A program made the position numbers and the translations under genes. A stretch of DNA of 64,000 nt from Gammaproteobacteria bacterium (lineage in GTDB: Bacteria; Pseudomonadota; Gammaproteobacteria; UBA4575), in assembly GCA_965221955.1 (NCBI GenBank), contig CBDCTA010000022.1:32001-96000 (forward strand), read 5' to 3'. Every line of letters starts with the position of its first letter. The stretch's first letter is position 1. Under the pieces are notes generated by a model that saw only the letters and a program-made list of their open reading frames with translations, was not told the DNA's origin and ran no database searches. Below, piece by piece: positions 9,243-18,147 of the stretch.

Positions 9243-9369
9243 AATGTCTGCTTTGGGCCGACAGGAATTTACTCCTCGGCATTTGTTCCATGCATTGCCC
9301 TACCTCCTACATCCATGTAGTCGTGCAATTTCTGCACTTCCACCCTCCATGGTAGTCGTAGCAGTCATT
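9243..9369. repeat. Dyad site S6 interrupted by a 97-bp nested insertion
   Basis: Deleting 9262-9358 restores AATGTCTGCTTT-GGGCCG-ATAGCAGTCATT. Confidence 0.75.
9276..9323 (+). mobile_element. 48-bp MITE/REP-like mini-element nested in a related element
   Basis: Same length as, and similar to, the reverse complement of 50539-50586; both are flanked by TCC and TG. Confidence 0.65.
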
Positions 9370-9418
9370 TTAAAGATCTGATATGAAGCTCCCAACCTGC
9401 ACATTTTTTAATTATAAC

Positions 9419-9478
9419 TAACTTTAGTCAGTTGCATCGTCTCTGATGGTCCTCATATTCGTACATCCATACGCTCAC
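9419..9478 (-). repeat. 60-bp double-hairpin repeat, copy R3
   Basis: Direct repeat of R2; supplies the TGA stop of 9475..10515. Confidence 0.88.
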
Positions 9479-10515
9479 AACTTATCTAATTCAATCTCCG
9501 CAACAGGTATTCCATGATCAGACATAGTGCGATCGGCTTCTCTCGCTGTTAACGACCAATCAAACAAATGATCATTAAATATATGTTGGTAGGTTACTTT
9601 TCCAATACGTTTGGAGTTGCGATGATAAAACTCTTGCGATACTAGAATATGGTCCAACACATCACGATTTCCTCGATGTATATGTGTATAACCAAAGTCT
9701 TTTAAATCTTGACGTGTTTGAATGGTATTCGTGCTATACAACAGCACATCCCAATACATCCGTTTTATTTTAGTTGGCCAACGAAAATGAGGCGCTTGGC
9801 CAGCAATTATTTGAGTACTTGTGCTTTCGACAATGTCATTCAAGTCTCCAAGGACAATGAGTGGTTGTTGGTTATCTTTTATATCTTCAACAACTTTAGC
9901 ACGTAATGCTGTCGCTTCTAAGCTACGAATGAGTTGTGCACGTAAAGAGCCCAGTGCACGGTGTATGGGGTTTTCTCGATCTTCACTTTCTTTATAAATC
10001 GGACGTTTTGATTTTAAATGTGCGACATAAACGACAATCTTGATATCTTCCTCAGGAATTAACACTTCTGCACGTAGCGGAGGACGTTCAAATTTTTCGA
10101 TAGGCACATCGATCAGTTGCTCTGTTCCATCCGGAGCTTTGCTAGGTATTTGAAAATCTGCAGTAGATGGAAATTTTTCGATGGATTCATGACGCAAAAT
10201 TTGAAAGCGTGTGGCCAAACCTACTTTTGGACGTAATGCTTTACCATCTTCTTCATTATTTTCACGCTCTGCACCTGGGGATAAAACTTGAGTGTGTTCC
10301 GGAAAATTTTTCGCTTTTCTTATTGCAGCCTCAAGACTTTCACTACTAAACACTTCTTGAAAACCGACAATATCAGGCTGCGCTTGATCCAGCATATGTG
10401 CAGTCCATTTAAGTTTTCGCTCATACTCCTGTTCTGTAAAGGGAGGTAACTCGTAGTAGCCAACCTGCGGCCGCACTAAATTAAGGAGATTAAAAGAAGA
10501 AACTCGAAATTCCAT
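9475..10515 (-). CDS. Endonuclease/exonuclease/phosphatase (EEP) family protein
   Basis: SFNLLNL, VGFQEV, HLKSK, GDLND, LDHILVS and SDHG motifs. Confidence 0.9.
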   Translation of the reverse strand: MEFRVSSFNLLNLVRPQVGYYELPPFTEQEYERKLKWTAHMLDQAQPDIVGFQEVFSSESLEAAIRKAKNFPEHTQVLSPGAERENNEEDGKALRPKVGLATRFQILRHESIEKFPSTADFQIPSKAPDGTEQLIDVPIEKFERPPLRAEVLIPEEDIKIVVYVAHLKSKRPIYKESEDRENPIHRALGSLRAQLIRSLEATALRAKVVEDIKDNQQPLIVLGDLNDIVESTSTQIIAGQAPHFRWPTKIKRMYWDVLLYSTNTIQTRQDLKDFGYTHIHRGNRDVLDHILVSQEFYHRNSKRIGKVTYQHIFNDHLFDWSLTAREADRTMSDHGIPVAEIELDKL

Positions 10516-10521
10516 TTTCGA

Positions 10522-12879
10522 TCATAAATGATTTGCTAAGTACATCCATGTGCTTAACACAGAATCTGGATTCAGTGAAAGACTATCTATGTTTTGCTCC
10601 ACTAACCAATTAGCAAAATCTGGATAATCCGAAGGTGCTTGCCCACAAATTCCAATGTATTTATTTACTTGTTTACAAGATTGGATTGCGCGACTGATTA
10701 AAAACTTTACTGCATCGTTTCTTTCATCAAATTTACTCGCAAGAATTTCTGAATCTCGATCCAAACCAAGCGTCATTTGCGTTAAATCATTTGAGCCTAT
10801 CGAAAATCCATCAAAATATTCTAAAAATTGTTCTGCTAATAATGCGTTTGATGGAATTTCACACATCATAATAACCTTGAGATCATTTGCGCCACGCACC
10901 AAACTATTACTGGCTAAAATTTCCGTTACTTGTTTTGCCTCTTCTAAGGTTCGTACAAACGGAATCATGACTTGAACGTTAGTAAAACCCATTTCATCAC
11001 GCACTATACGCACTGCTTGGCATTCCATTTCAAAACACGGCGCAAACATTTCAGATATATAACGTGATGCACCACGAAAACCGATCATTGGATTTTCTTC
11101 TGTTGGCTCAAACAAATTACCGCCAATTAAATTCGCATATTCATTGGATTTAAAATCAGACAAACGCACGATGACAGGTTTTCCTTCAAATGCTGCAGCT
11201 AAAGTTGCAATACCTTCTGTTATTTTGCTTACATAAAAATCGGTTGGGCTATCATAAGCAGCAACTCTTGATGCAATAATGGTTTGCGTCTCATTTGGCA
11301 GAGAATCAAATTCCAACAAAGCACGTGGATGAATCCCTACCATATTGTTAATAATAAACTCTAATCGCGCTAAACCAACGCCTGTGTTAGGGATTTGCGC
11401 AAACGAAAATGCGCGCTCAGGGTTACCAACATTTAACATGATCTTGCATGGAATTTCGGGCATTTTCTCTAAGCGTATTTGATCCACATCAAACTTGAGC
11501 AAACCTGCATACACATTACCCGTGTCACCCTCTGCACAAGAAACGGTAATGTCTTGCTCCGTTTTAATGCTTGACGTAGCATCACTACATCCCACCACTG
11601 CTGGCACACCTAGTTCACGTGCGATGATTGCTGCATGACAAGTACGTCCTCCTCTATTAGTAACTATTGCGGCTGCACGCTTCATCACGGGTTCCCAATC
11701 AGGATCCGTCATATCCGTAACCAACACTTCACCTTCTTGAAGCTGTTCAATTTCCTTTAAAGACTGAATCACACGTGCTTTACCTTTGCCAATACGGGTT
11801 CCAATACTACGACCTGTAGTGAGCACTGTTGATTTTTCGCGTAATGAATATTTTTCAATTACTTTTTTAGATTGACTCTGCACTGTTTCTGGGCGAGCTT
11901 GGACAATATAAAGTTTTCCATCTTCACCATCTTTTGCCCATTCGATATCCATTGGACATTGATAATGGTCTTCGATAGTTACTGCCATTTTGGCAAGTAT
12001 TTCTATTTCTTCATTGCTAATGCTAAATTTTATTTGCTCTGCATCATTAACATTCAGCGTTTCTACACCACTTTGATTTTGCTTAAAAATCATTTTTTCT
12101 AGCTTGCTACCACAGGTGCGACTTATTACAGCTAATTGCCCACGCTGTAATGCCGTTTTAGAAACATAAAACTCGTCTGGATTAACTTGTCCTTGCACAA
12201 TAGTTTCACCTAAACCATAACTAGAAGTAATGAACACTACATCACGAAAACCCGATTCGGTATCTAAGGTAAACATGACTCCGCTTGCCGCAAGATCACT
12301 ACGGATCATTTGCTGAATTCCAGCTGAAAGTGAAACATCCGCATGTTCAAAACCTTTATGCACACGATAAGCAATGGCTCTATCGTTATATAAAGATGCA
12401 AACACTTTTTTAACTGCAATCAATACTTCTTCAATCCCGCAAACATTTAAATAAGTCTCTTGTTGCCCAGCAAAGGAAGCATCAGGTAAATCTTCTGCTG
12501 TAGCTGATGAACGCACTGCGACTGCCACATTCAGATGAACTTGTTGTTCTAACGCTTCGTAAGCTTGTCGAATATGTTGATCGAGTTGCTGAGGTAGTTC
12601 AGCATTCAGCACTGAATCTCGAATTTCTTTCCCGCATTTAGTTAGAGCGCTTATATCATCAACATTAAGTGAATTAAGACGTTGATCGATTTCATCTTTG
12701 AGATTATTTTCAGCAAGGAACAACTGAAACGCTTCTGAAGTCGTTGCAAAACCGCCTGGAACCATTACTCCAACCGAGCTAAGATTCTGTATCATCTCAC
12801 CAAGTGAGGCGTTTTTACCCCCTACTTTTTCTAGATCATTTGAATTAAGTTCAGCTAAATTTATAACGTAAGCATTCAT
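10522..12879 (-). CDS. ppsA: Phosphoenolpyruvate synthase
   Basis: [34 protein letters not shown] and [10 protein letters not shown] motifs. Confidence 0.97.
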   Translation of the reverse strand: MNAYVINLAELNSNDLEKVGGKNASLGEMIQNLSSVGVMVPGGFATTSEAFQLFLAENNLKDEIDQRLNSLNVDDISALTKCGKEIRDSVLNAELPQQLDQHIRQAYEALEQQVHLNVAVAVRSSATAEDLPDASFAGQQETYLNVCGIEEVLIAVKKVFASLYNDRAIAYRVHKGFEHADVSLSAGIQQMIRSDLAASGVMFTLDTESGFRDVVFITSSYGLGETIVQGQVNPDEFYVSKTALQRGQLAVISRTCGSKLEKMIFKQNQSGVETLNVNDAEQIKFSISNEEIEILAKMAVTIEDHYQCPMDIEWAKDGEDGKLYIVQARPETVQSQSKKVIEKYSLREKSTVLTTGRSIGTRIGKGKARVIQSLKEIEQLQEGEVLVTDMTDPDWEPVMKRAAAIVTNRGGRTCHAAIIARELGVPAVVGCSDATSSIKTEQDITVSCAEGDTGNVYAGLLKFDVDQIRLEKMPEIPCKIMLNVGNPERAFSFAQIPNTGVGLARLEFIINNMVGIHPRALLEFDSLPNETQTIIASRVAAYDSPTDFYVSKITEGIATLAAAFEGKPVIVRLSDFKSNEYANLIGGNLFEPTEENPMIGFRGASRYISEMFAPCFEMECQAVRIVRDEMGFTNVQVMIPFVRTLEEAKQVTEILASNSLVRGANDLKVIMMCEIPSNALLAEQFLEYFDGFSIGSNDLTQMTLGLDRDSEILASKFDERNDAVKFLISRAIQSCKQVNKYIGICGQAPSDYPDFANWLVEQNIDSLSLNPDSVLSTWMYLANHL

Positions 12880-12898
12880 AGATAGTAATTTTTATATT

Positions 12899-13732
12899 GT
12901 GAAAACCAAAAATATTCAAAATGTGTTTTTTATTTCAGATAGCACAGGGATTACCATTGAATCACTAGGGCATTCTTTATTCACACAGTTTCCTAAGTTT
13001 ACATTTGAAAAAGAAGTTTTCCCATTTGTCACCGATAAAGAAGATGCTGAAAAAGTGATCTCACGCATAAAAAAAGTAGCATCGAATTCTCAAAGCAAAC
13101 CTATCGTATTTACTAGTTTAGCTGACGAAAAACTGAAAAGTTTATTCATATCTAATGGCATAACCGTATTCGATATTTTTTCAACATTTATCCCCGACAT
13201 CGAGTCACACTTAGGCACCCATGCATCTCATGCTATAGGCGAAACACATGGCGTGGGTAGTACATCCGGTTATCTACAACGTATTGATGCACTAAATTTT
13301 GCATTAAGCCACGACGATGGTATGAAGATTAATGATATCGAACATGCTGATATTATTTTAACGGGTGTATCTCGCAGTGGGAAAACCCCTACTTGCCTAT
13401 ACCTCGCTATGCACTACAACTTAAAAGCAGCCAACTACCCTCTTACCGACTCAGATTTTGATAATCCTTTTTTACCTGAAATATTAAGCAAGGTACAGGA
13501 ACGAGTATTTGGTTTAACCATATCCCCACAACAATTAAATAAAATTAGAGAAGAGCGAAAACCTGATAGTCAATATGCATCCTACGAACAGTGTGTTTTT
13601 GAAATAGAAAAAGCAGAAACGATGTTTAATAATTCAGGATTAGATTTTATTAACACCTCAGCTGTTTCTATTGAGGAAATTGCAACTACAATAATCCAAC
13701 ATATGGACTTAAAACCACAAGGAAAATGGTGA
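12899..13732 (+). CDS. ppsR: PEP synthase regulatory kinase/pyrophosphorylase (DUF299)
   Basis: FFISDSTGIT and GVSRSGKTPT motifs; divergent from ppsA. Confidence 0.93.
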   Translation: MKTKNIQNVFFISDSTGITIESLGHSLFTQFPKFTFEKEVFPFVTDKEDAEKVISRIKKVASNSQSKPIVFTSLADEKLKSLFISNGITVFDIFSTFIPDIESHLGTHASHAIGETHGVGSTSGYLQRIDALNFALSHDDGMKINDIEHADIILTGVSRSGKTPTCLYLAMHYNLKAANYPLTDSDFDNPFLPEILSKVQERVFGLTISPQQLNKIREERKPDSQYASYEQCVFEIEKAETMFNNSGLDFINTSAVSIEEIATTIIQHMDLKPQGKW

Positions 13733-13788
13733 GCATAGGGACATGCGAATATGAGTTACAACAGGGATGTTGTATCAGGTTAGAGTTA
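13729..13788 (+). repeat. 60-bp double-hairpin repeat, copy R4
   Basis: Aligns without gaps to R1; supplies the TGA stop of ppsR. Confidence 0.8.
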
Positions 13789-13800
13789 GGGAATTTTAAA

Positions 13801-13833
13801 AACGTCCGCCGCTTTCTGTGAATAGCAGTCTTT
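13801..13833. repeat. Degenerate dyad site S7
   Basis: AACGT(CCG)CCGCTTT-CTGTGA-ATAGCAGTCTTT, followed by the shared linker motif. Confidence 0.6.
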
Positions 13834-13902
13834 ATTGAATATTCTTAAATTTGAAATCCCCAACTTGAACTTAGTCAAACCACCAAACTTTAATCTGTTA
13901 CT

Positions 13903-14211
13903 TCATCCATGCTGCACTTCATATTCAGGCATCTCAACGATTTGGCCTTTCCTATGCAAAAAAATTGCACATGCGACGCGAAGAAAAGAAGTAAAGTTTT
14001 GCACATCTTTATGTGTATCTAAGATTTCATCATAAAGTACGTTAATAAATTGCGGCACAGTTTGATTTTCTTCTTCAGCCATTTGATCAAGTATTTCCCA
14101 AAACTCATTTTCTAGCCGAATACTTGTAACGCAACCTTGAATGCGAATAGACCTGCATTCACTGTCGTAACGATCTGGTTGTGTTCCTGTATAAATATTA
14201 CACATAGGCAA
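13903..14211 (-). CDS. Ribbon-helix-helix (RHH_4-type) domain protein
   Basis: RSIRIQGCVTSIRLENEFWEIL ... NFTSFLRVAC pattern. Confidence 0.85.
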   Translation of the reverse strand: MPMCNIYTGTQPDRYDSECRSIRIQGCVTSIRLENEFWEILDQMAEEENQTVPQFINVLYDEILDTHKDVQNFTSFLRVACAIFLHRKGQIVEMPEYEVQHG

Positions 14212-14300
14212 AGAACCTTATAAAAATAATGGTTTAATTGTGGTTCTATGAACTCTTTACTGTCTTACTTATTTATAGTGCAACTGTTCTATATGCACAA

Positions 14301-14318
14301 GTAGTATTCCCTTACTAC
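14301..14318. promoter_or_regulatory. Candidate operator GTAGTA-N6-TACTAC
   Basis: Perfect 6-bp inverted repeat in the divergent intergenic region. Confidence 0.5.
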
Positions 14319-14368
14319 CTGAAGATTTATTAGGTTTTTATACTTATTCACTAAGCAAAAGGAAAGAC

Positions 14369-14764
14369 ATGGCAAAAGTAATTCATTCAATGATACGTGT
14401 ACTCGATGTAGATCGTTCTAAAGCATTCTATGAAAAAGCGTTTGGCCTAAAAGAAAAGCGCTATCTAGATTTCGATGATTTTGCCTTAGTGTATTTGGGC
14501 AATGATGAGAATGATTTTGAAATCGAACTAACTCTAAACAAAGGCCAAAAAGATGCTTATACACATGGCAATGGCTATGGGCACATTGCGGTATGTGTTG
14601 ATGATTTAGATTCGGAACACGCGCGAATTAAATCACTTGGATATGAACCGCAAGATGTTGTGGAATTCAGTCCAGGTGGTGAGTTATTAGCAAAGTTTTT
14701 CTTTATTAAAGATCCAGATGGATATGAGATCGAAGTATTACAACGGCACGGAGCCTATACGTAA
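14369..14764 (+). CDS. VOC/glyoxalase family protein
   Basis: HSMIRV, EIELT, YGHIAV and DPDGYEIE motifs. Confidence 0.9.
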   Translation: MAKVIHSMIRVLDVDRSKAFYEKAFGLKEKRYLDFDDFALVYLGNDENDFEIELTLNKGQKDAYTHGNGYGHIAVCVDDLDSEHARIKSLGYEPQDVVEFSPGGELLAKFFFIKDPDGYEIEVLQRHGAYT

Positions 14765-14831
14765 ATAATTAAAACTATCCGCCTCTTAAAAAAATAAAAA
14801 ATCACTAGAGGCTTACCGGAGGAGGTAACCC

Positions 14832-15401
14832 ATGTTAGACCTTGATCTAACCCGTCGCGATTTCTTAAAAACCAGCGGCACAGTGCTAATGGGAACATTA
14901 GCTACTAGCACAGGCATTCTTGGTATGTTGGCACCTAGCCAAACTTGGGCATTGGAATTGACTAAGCTTGATAAAGCAACGGGTCAAACATTGTTACAAG
15001 CCACTCGCCACATATTTCCACACGCAACATTGGATGATGCAGTGTATGCACTGGTTGTGAAAGACCTTGATGCTGCAGCGGCAGGGGATGATGCGGTTGC
15101 AAAACTTCTAACTGATGGCGCTGCTGAACTCAATGCAGGCGCAGGTGGCGATTGGCTCGCTGCAGACAGTGATAAACAATTTTCGGCAATTGAAAAAATG
15201 GCAGGAAATGATTTCTTTGAAAAAATTCGTGGAACAGCTGTGGTTTCTCTTTATAACAATGATATGGCCTGGGCACATTTTGGTTACGAAGGCGAAGCAT
15301 GGTCAGAAGGCGGTTACCTTACACGTGGCTTTAATGATTTAAATTGGCTACCCGATCCACCTGCAGATGCGAGCCCTGCAGCATTCGCAACAGAATCCTA
15401 A
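14832..15401 (+). CDS. Tat-signal protein, gluconate dehydrogenase subunit-3-like partner
   Basis: TRRDFLK twin-arginine motif; lies upstream of the GMC gene. Confidence 0.75.
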   Translation: MLDLDLTRRDFLKTSGTVLMGTLATSTGILGMLAPSQTWALELTKLDKATGQTLLQATRHIFPHATLDDAVYALVVKDLDAAAAGDDAVAKLLTDGAAELNAGAGGDWLAADSDKQFSAIEKMAGNDFFEKIRGTAVVSLYNNDMAWAHFGYEGEAWSEGGYLTRGFNDLNWLPDPPADASPAAFATES

Positions 15402-15411
15402 GGAGAACACC

Positions 15412-16980
15412 ATGGCAAAATATAAGTTAAATGATGATGGTGTGGTTGTAGTCATTGGTTCAGGCGCTGGGGGCGGCACACTTGCAAATGAACTCTGTCA
15501 AAAAGGAATCGAAGTGGTTCTACTTGAAGCGGGTGGACACGAATCGAACGATAGTTTCGTAAACGATGAGTGGTCTTCGTTTGGACAAATCTCATGGTTA
15601 GATTCACGTAGCTCATCAGGTACTTGGCGAGTAGGCAAAGACTTTAATGGACTACCTGCTTGGATTTGTAAAACCGTTGGAGGTTCGACTACGCACTGGG
15701 CTGGAGCAAGTTTACGTTTTCAAGAACATGAGTTCCGCATTAAATCCGAATATGGAGACATTGATGGGGCCAACATGTTGGATTGGCCAATTACGTTAAA
15801 AGATCTAGAACCGTATTACGATAAAGCCGAAGATAAAATGGGCGTCACTCGTACTAACGGCATTCCTGGCTTACCTGGCAACAATAATTTTAAGGTGATG
15901 TATGCCGGTGCGAAAAAGTTGGGTTACAAACATTGTCATACCGGGCGCATGGCGATTAACAGTAAACCACGTGATGGACGTGCTTCTTGTTTACAACTTG
16001 GCTTCTGTTTCCAAGGTTGTAAAACGGGTGCGAAATGGTCAACTTTAGTATCTGAAATTCCAAAAGCCGAAGCTACTGGCAAACTAGATCTACGCCCTAA
16101 GTCTCATGTTCTTAAAATTGAACAAGACAAATCTGGAAAAGTCACCGGTGTGGTATATGCCGATGCAGATGGCAATCATCATATGCAAAAAGCACGTGCT
16201 GTTTGTGTTGCCGGCAATTCAATTGAAACACCGCGTCTACTTTTAAATTCAGAAAATAGTCACAGTCCTGATGGACTCGCAAACTCTTCTGGACAGGTAG
16301 GTAAAAACTATATGCGTCATATGACAGGATCTGTTTATGCCGCATTCGAAAAACCTGTGCATATGTGGCGCGGTACTACGATGGCAGGAATTATTACCGA
16401 TGAATCTATTAATGATCCGAAACGTGGTTTCGTCGGTGGTTATGAGATGGAAACGCTTGCGTTAGGTTTACCGTTCATGGCGGCATTTTTAGACCCAGGT
16501 GCTTGGGGGGCAGACTTCACGCGTAAGATGGATACTTATAGTCATATGGCAGGTATGTGGTTAGTAGGTGAAGACATGCCACAAGAGTCTAACGCAGTGA
16601 CTTTACATGCAGAAAACAAAGATCAATATGGCATGCCTACTCCTAATGTGCACTTTGATGATCATCCAAATGACATTGCAATGCGTGAGCATGCCTACAA
16701 GCAAGGCTCAGCGGTTTATGAGGCGGCTGGTGCAAAAGAAAATTATTTAGTACCGCCGTATCCTTCTACACATAACCTAGGTACTTGTCGTATGAGTGCA
16801 GAAGCAAAAGATGGTGTGTGCAATGCACACGGTCAAACGCACGACATCTCTAATTTATTTATTTCAGATGGCAGCCAATTCACCACCGGTGCAGCAGAAA
16901 ATCCAACATTAACAATTGTAACGTTGGCGATTCGACAAGCGGATTACATCGCAAAACAAATGAGCGAAAAAGCGATTTAA
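15412..16980 (+). CDS. GMC-family FAD oxidoreductase
   Basis: VIGSGAGGG, CLQLGFCFQGC and HNLGTCRM motifs; AGGAG RBS before ATG 15412. Confidence 0.92.
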   Translation: MAKYKLNDDGVVVVIGSGAGGGTLANELCQKGIEVVLLEAGGHESNDSFVNDEWSSFGQISWLDSRSSSGTWRVGKDFNGLPAWICKTVGGSTTHWAGASLRFQEHEFRIKSEYGDIDGANMLDWPITLKDLEPYYDKAEDKMGVTRTNGIPGLPGNNNFKVMYAGAKKLGYKHCHTGRMAINSKPRDGRASCLQLGFCFQGCKTGAKWSTLVSEIPKAEATGKLDLRPKSHVLKIEQDKSGKVTGVVYADADGNHHMQKARAVCVAGNSIETPRLLLNSENSHSPDGLANSSGQVGKNYMRHMTGSVYAAFEKPVHMWRGTTMAGIITDESINDPKRGFVGGYEMETLALGLPFMAAFLDPGAWGADFTRKMDTYSHMAGMWLVGEDMPQESNAVTLHAENKDQYGMPTPNVHFDDHPNDIAMREHAYKQGSAVYEAAGAKENYLVPPYPSTHNLGTCRMSAEAKDGVCNAHGQTHDISNLFISDGSQFTTGAAENPTLTIVTLAIRQADYIAKQMSEKAI

Positions 16981-17000
16981 TACTTTTGCATATCCAAACT

Positions 17001-17029
17001 AAAAAGCCTCCTTAACCGGAGGCTTTTTT
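17001..17029 (+). terminator. Intrinsic terminator
   Basis: AAAAAGCCTCC-TTAACC-GGAGGCTTTTTT. Confidence 0.88.
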
Positions 17030-17564
17030 ATATCTGCTTTAATAAATATTGCTGATATTAACTATAAATAAAATATAGCAACGAAAGTACCGAGCAATTT
17101 TCACATTAAAAAGTGGGTTATAAAATGCACCGTCAAAAACTTTACTTAACAAATAAATAATGCTGCTATTACAGGAAAAACTACCTACTTAAACAAGAAG
17201 ATGAAGTAACTTATGCAAGCATTTATTTATCACACTTATCATTAAAAAATGTTTTTTGCCTCATAAATAAAATCGTAGTCGTTTATGAAGAACATTTAAA
17301 ACTATTATCAAAGGGCATCTACTTATCATGCATAATAAATCTGTGTTATCAGTCTATGCCTTTCTTAAATTAAATTTATTCAAGAAACTGCATAACTGAT
17401 AAGTTTTTTAAACTCAAGATATAAATATATTAGCGGTTTAAACACACTAAAAAACTCGATAGATTAGAAGTGCAGATTAAGCTGCATCATTGATTACAAA
17501 AAATAACAATAAAAACTTGTTAAGCATGATCGCTTAATCGCCATAAAATTAAGATAAGGGGTTA

Positions 17565-18107
17565 ATGATGAAAACTAATTACTATCTTTCTCCTACTTTA
17601 AATAGTACTCAAGAGATCTCTGATGATTTGCATGCAGTTGGTGTGAATGATTGGTTCATACACGTAATCAGCAAAGATGAAGCAGGACTTCACAAAGAGC
17701 ATGTACATTCAAGCAACTATCTCGAAACCTTAGACTTAGTTCGTAATGGTGGTATTGGTGGTTTAATTGGTTTCATTGTTGGTGTATTTGCAGCGGGTGC
17801 ATTGATGTTTTTCAAACCTTTTGGGCCCAACATGCCTGAATATGTATACCTCATCGTAATCGCCGTTTTCACACTGTTTGGGACTTGGGAAGGCGGCTTA
17901 ACAGGTGTTGCTTGCGAAAATAAAAAGCTGGCTAAATTTCACGATGATTTAGAAGATGGGAAATATTTAATCTTAATCTATACGTGGAAGAGTCAAGAGG
18001 AAGCAGTCAAAAAAGTAATGAAAGAAAAACATCCTGAAGCTCAATTAGTCGCAACAGATATTCAATACTTTAATCCTTTCTGTCCATTAAAAAGGTTAGA
18101 AAACTAG
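17565..18107 (+). CDS. Hypothetical membrane protein with glycine-rich hydrophobic segments
   Basis: GGIGGLIGFIVG and FGTWEGGLTG segments; first gene of the oxidase cluster. Confidence 0.7.
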   Translation: MMKTNYYLSPTLNSTQEISDDLHAVGVNDWFIHVISKDEAGLHKEHVHSSNYLETLDLVRNGGIGGLIGFIVGVFAAGALMFFKPFGPNMPEYVYLIVIAVFTLFGTWEGGLTGVACENKKLAKFHDDLEDGKYLILIYTWKSQEEAVKKVMKEKHPEAQLVATDIQYFNPFCPLKRLEN

Positions 18108-18147
18108 ATCAACACTCATTAACTCACACTAATAAAAAGAAAAACCA

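Noticed and set aside
7629-9369. Integron attC array
   Set aside because: The sites are 30-bp dyads present on both sides of each gene, with no RYYYAAC...GTTRRRY ends, and no intI gene is in the window.
13835-14035. 66-aa ORF as a cassette gene after S7
   Set aside because: It consists of linker sequence plus the antisense of the RHH gene.
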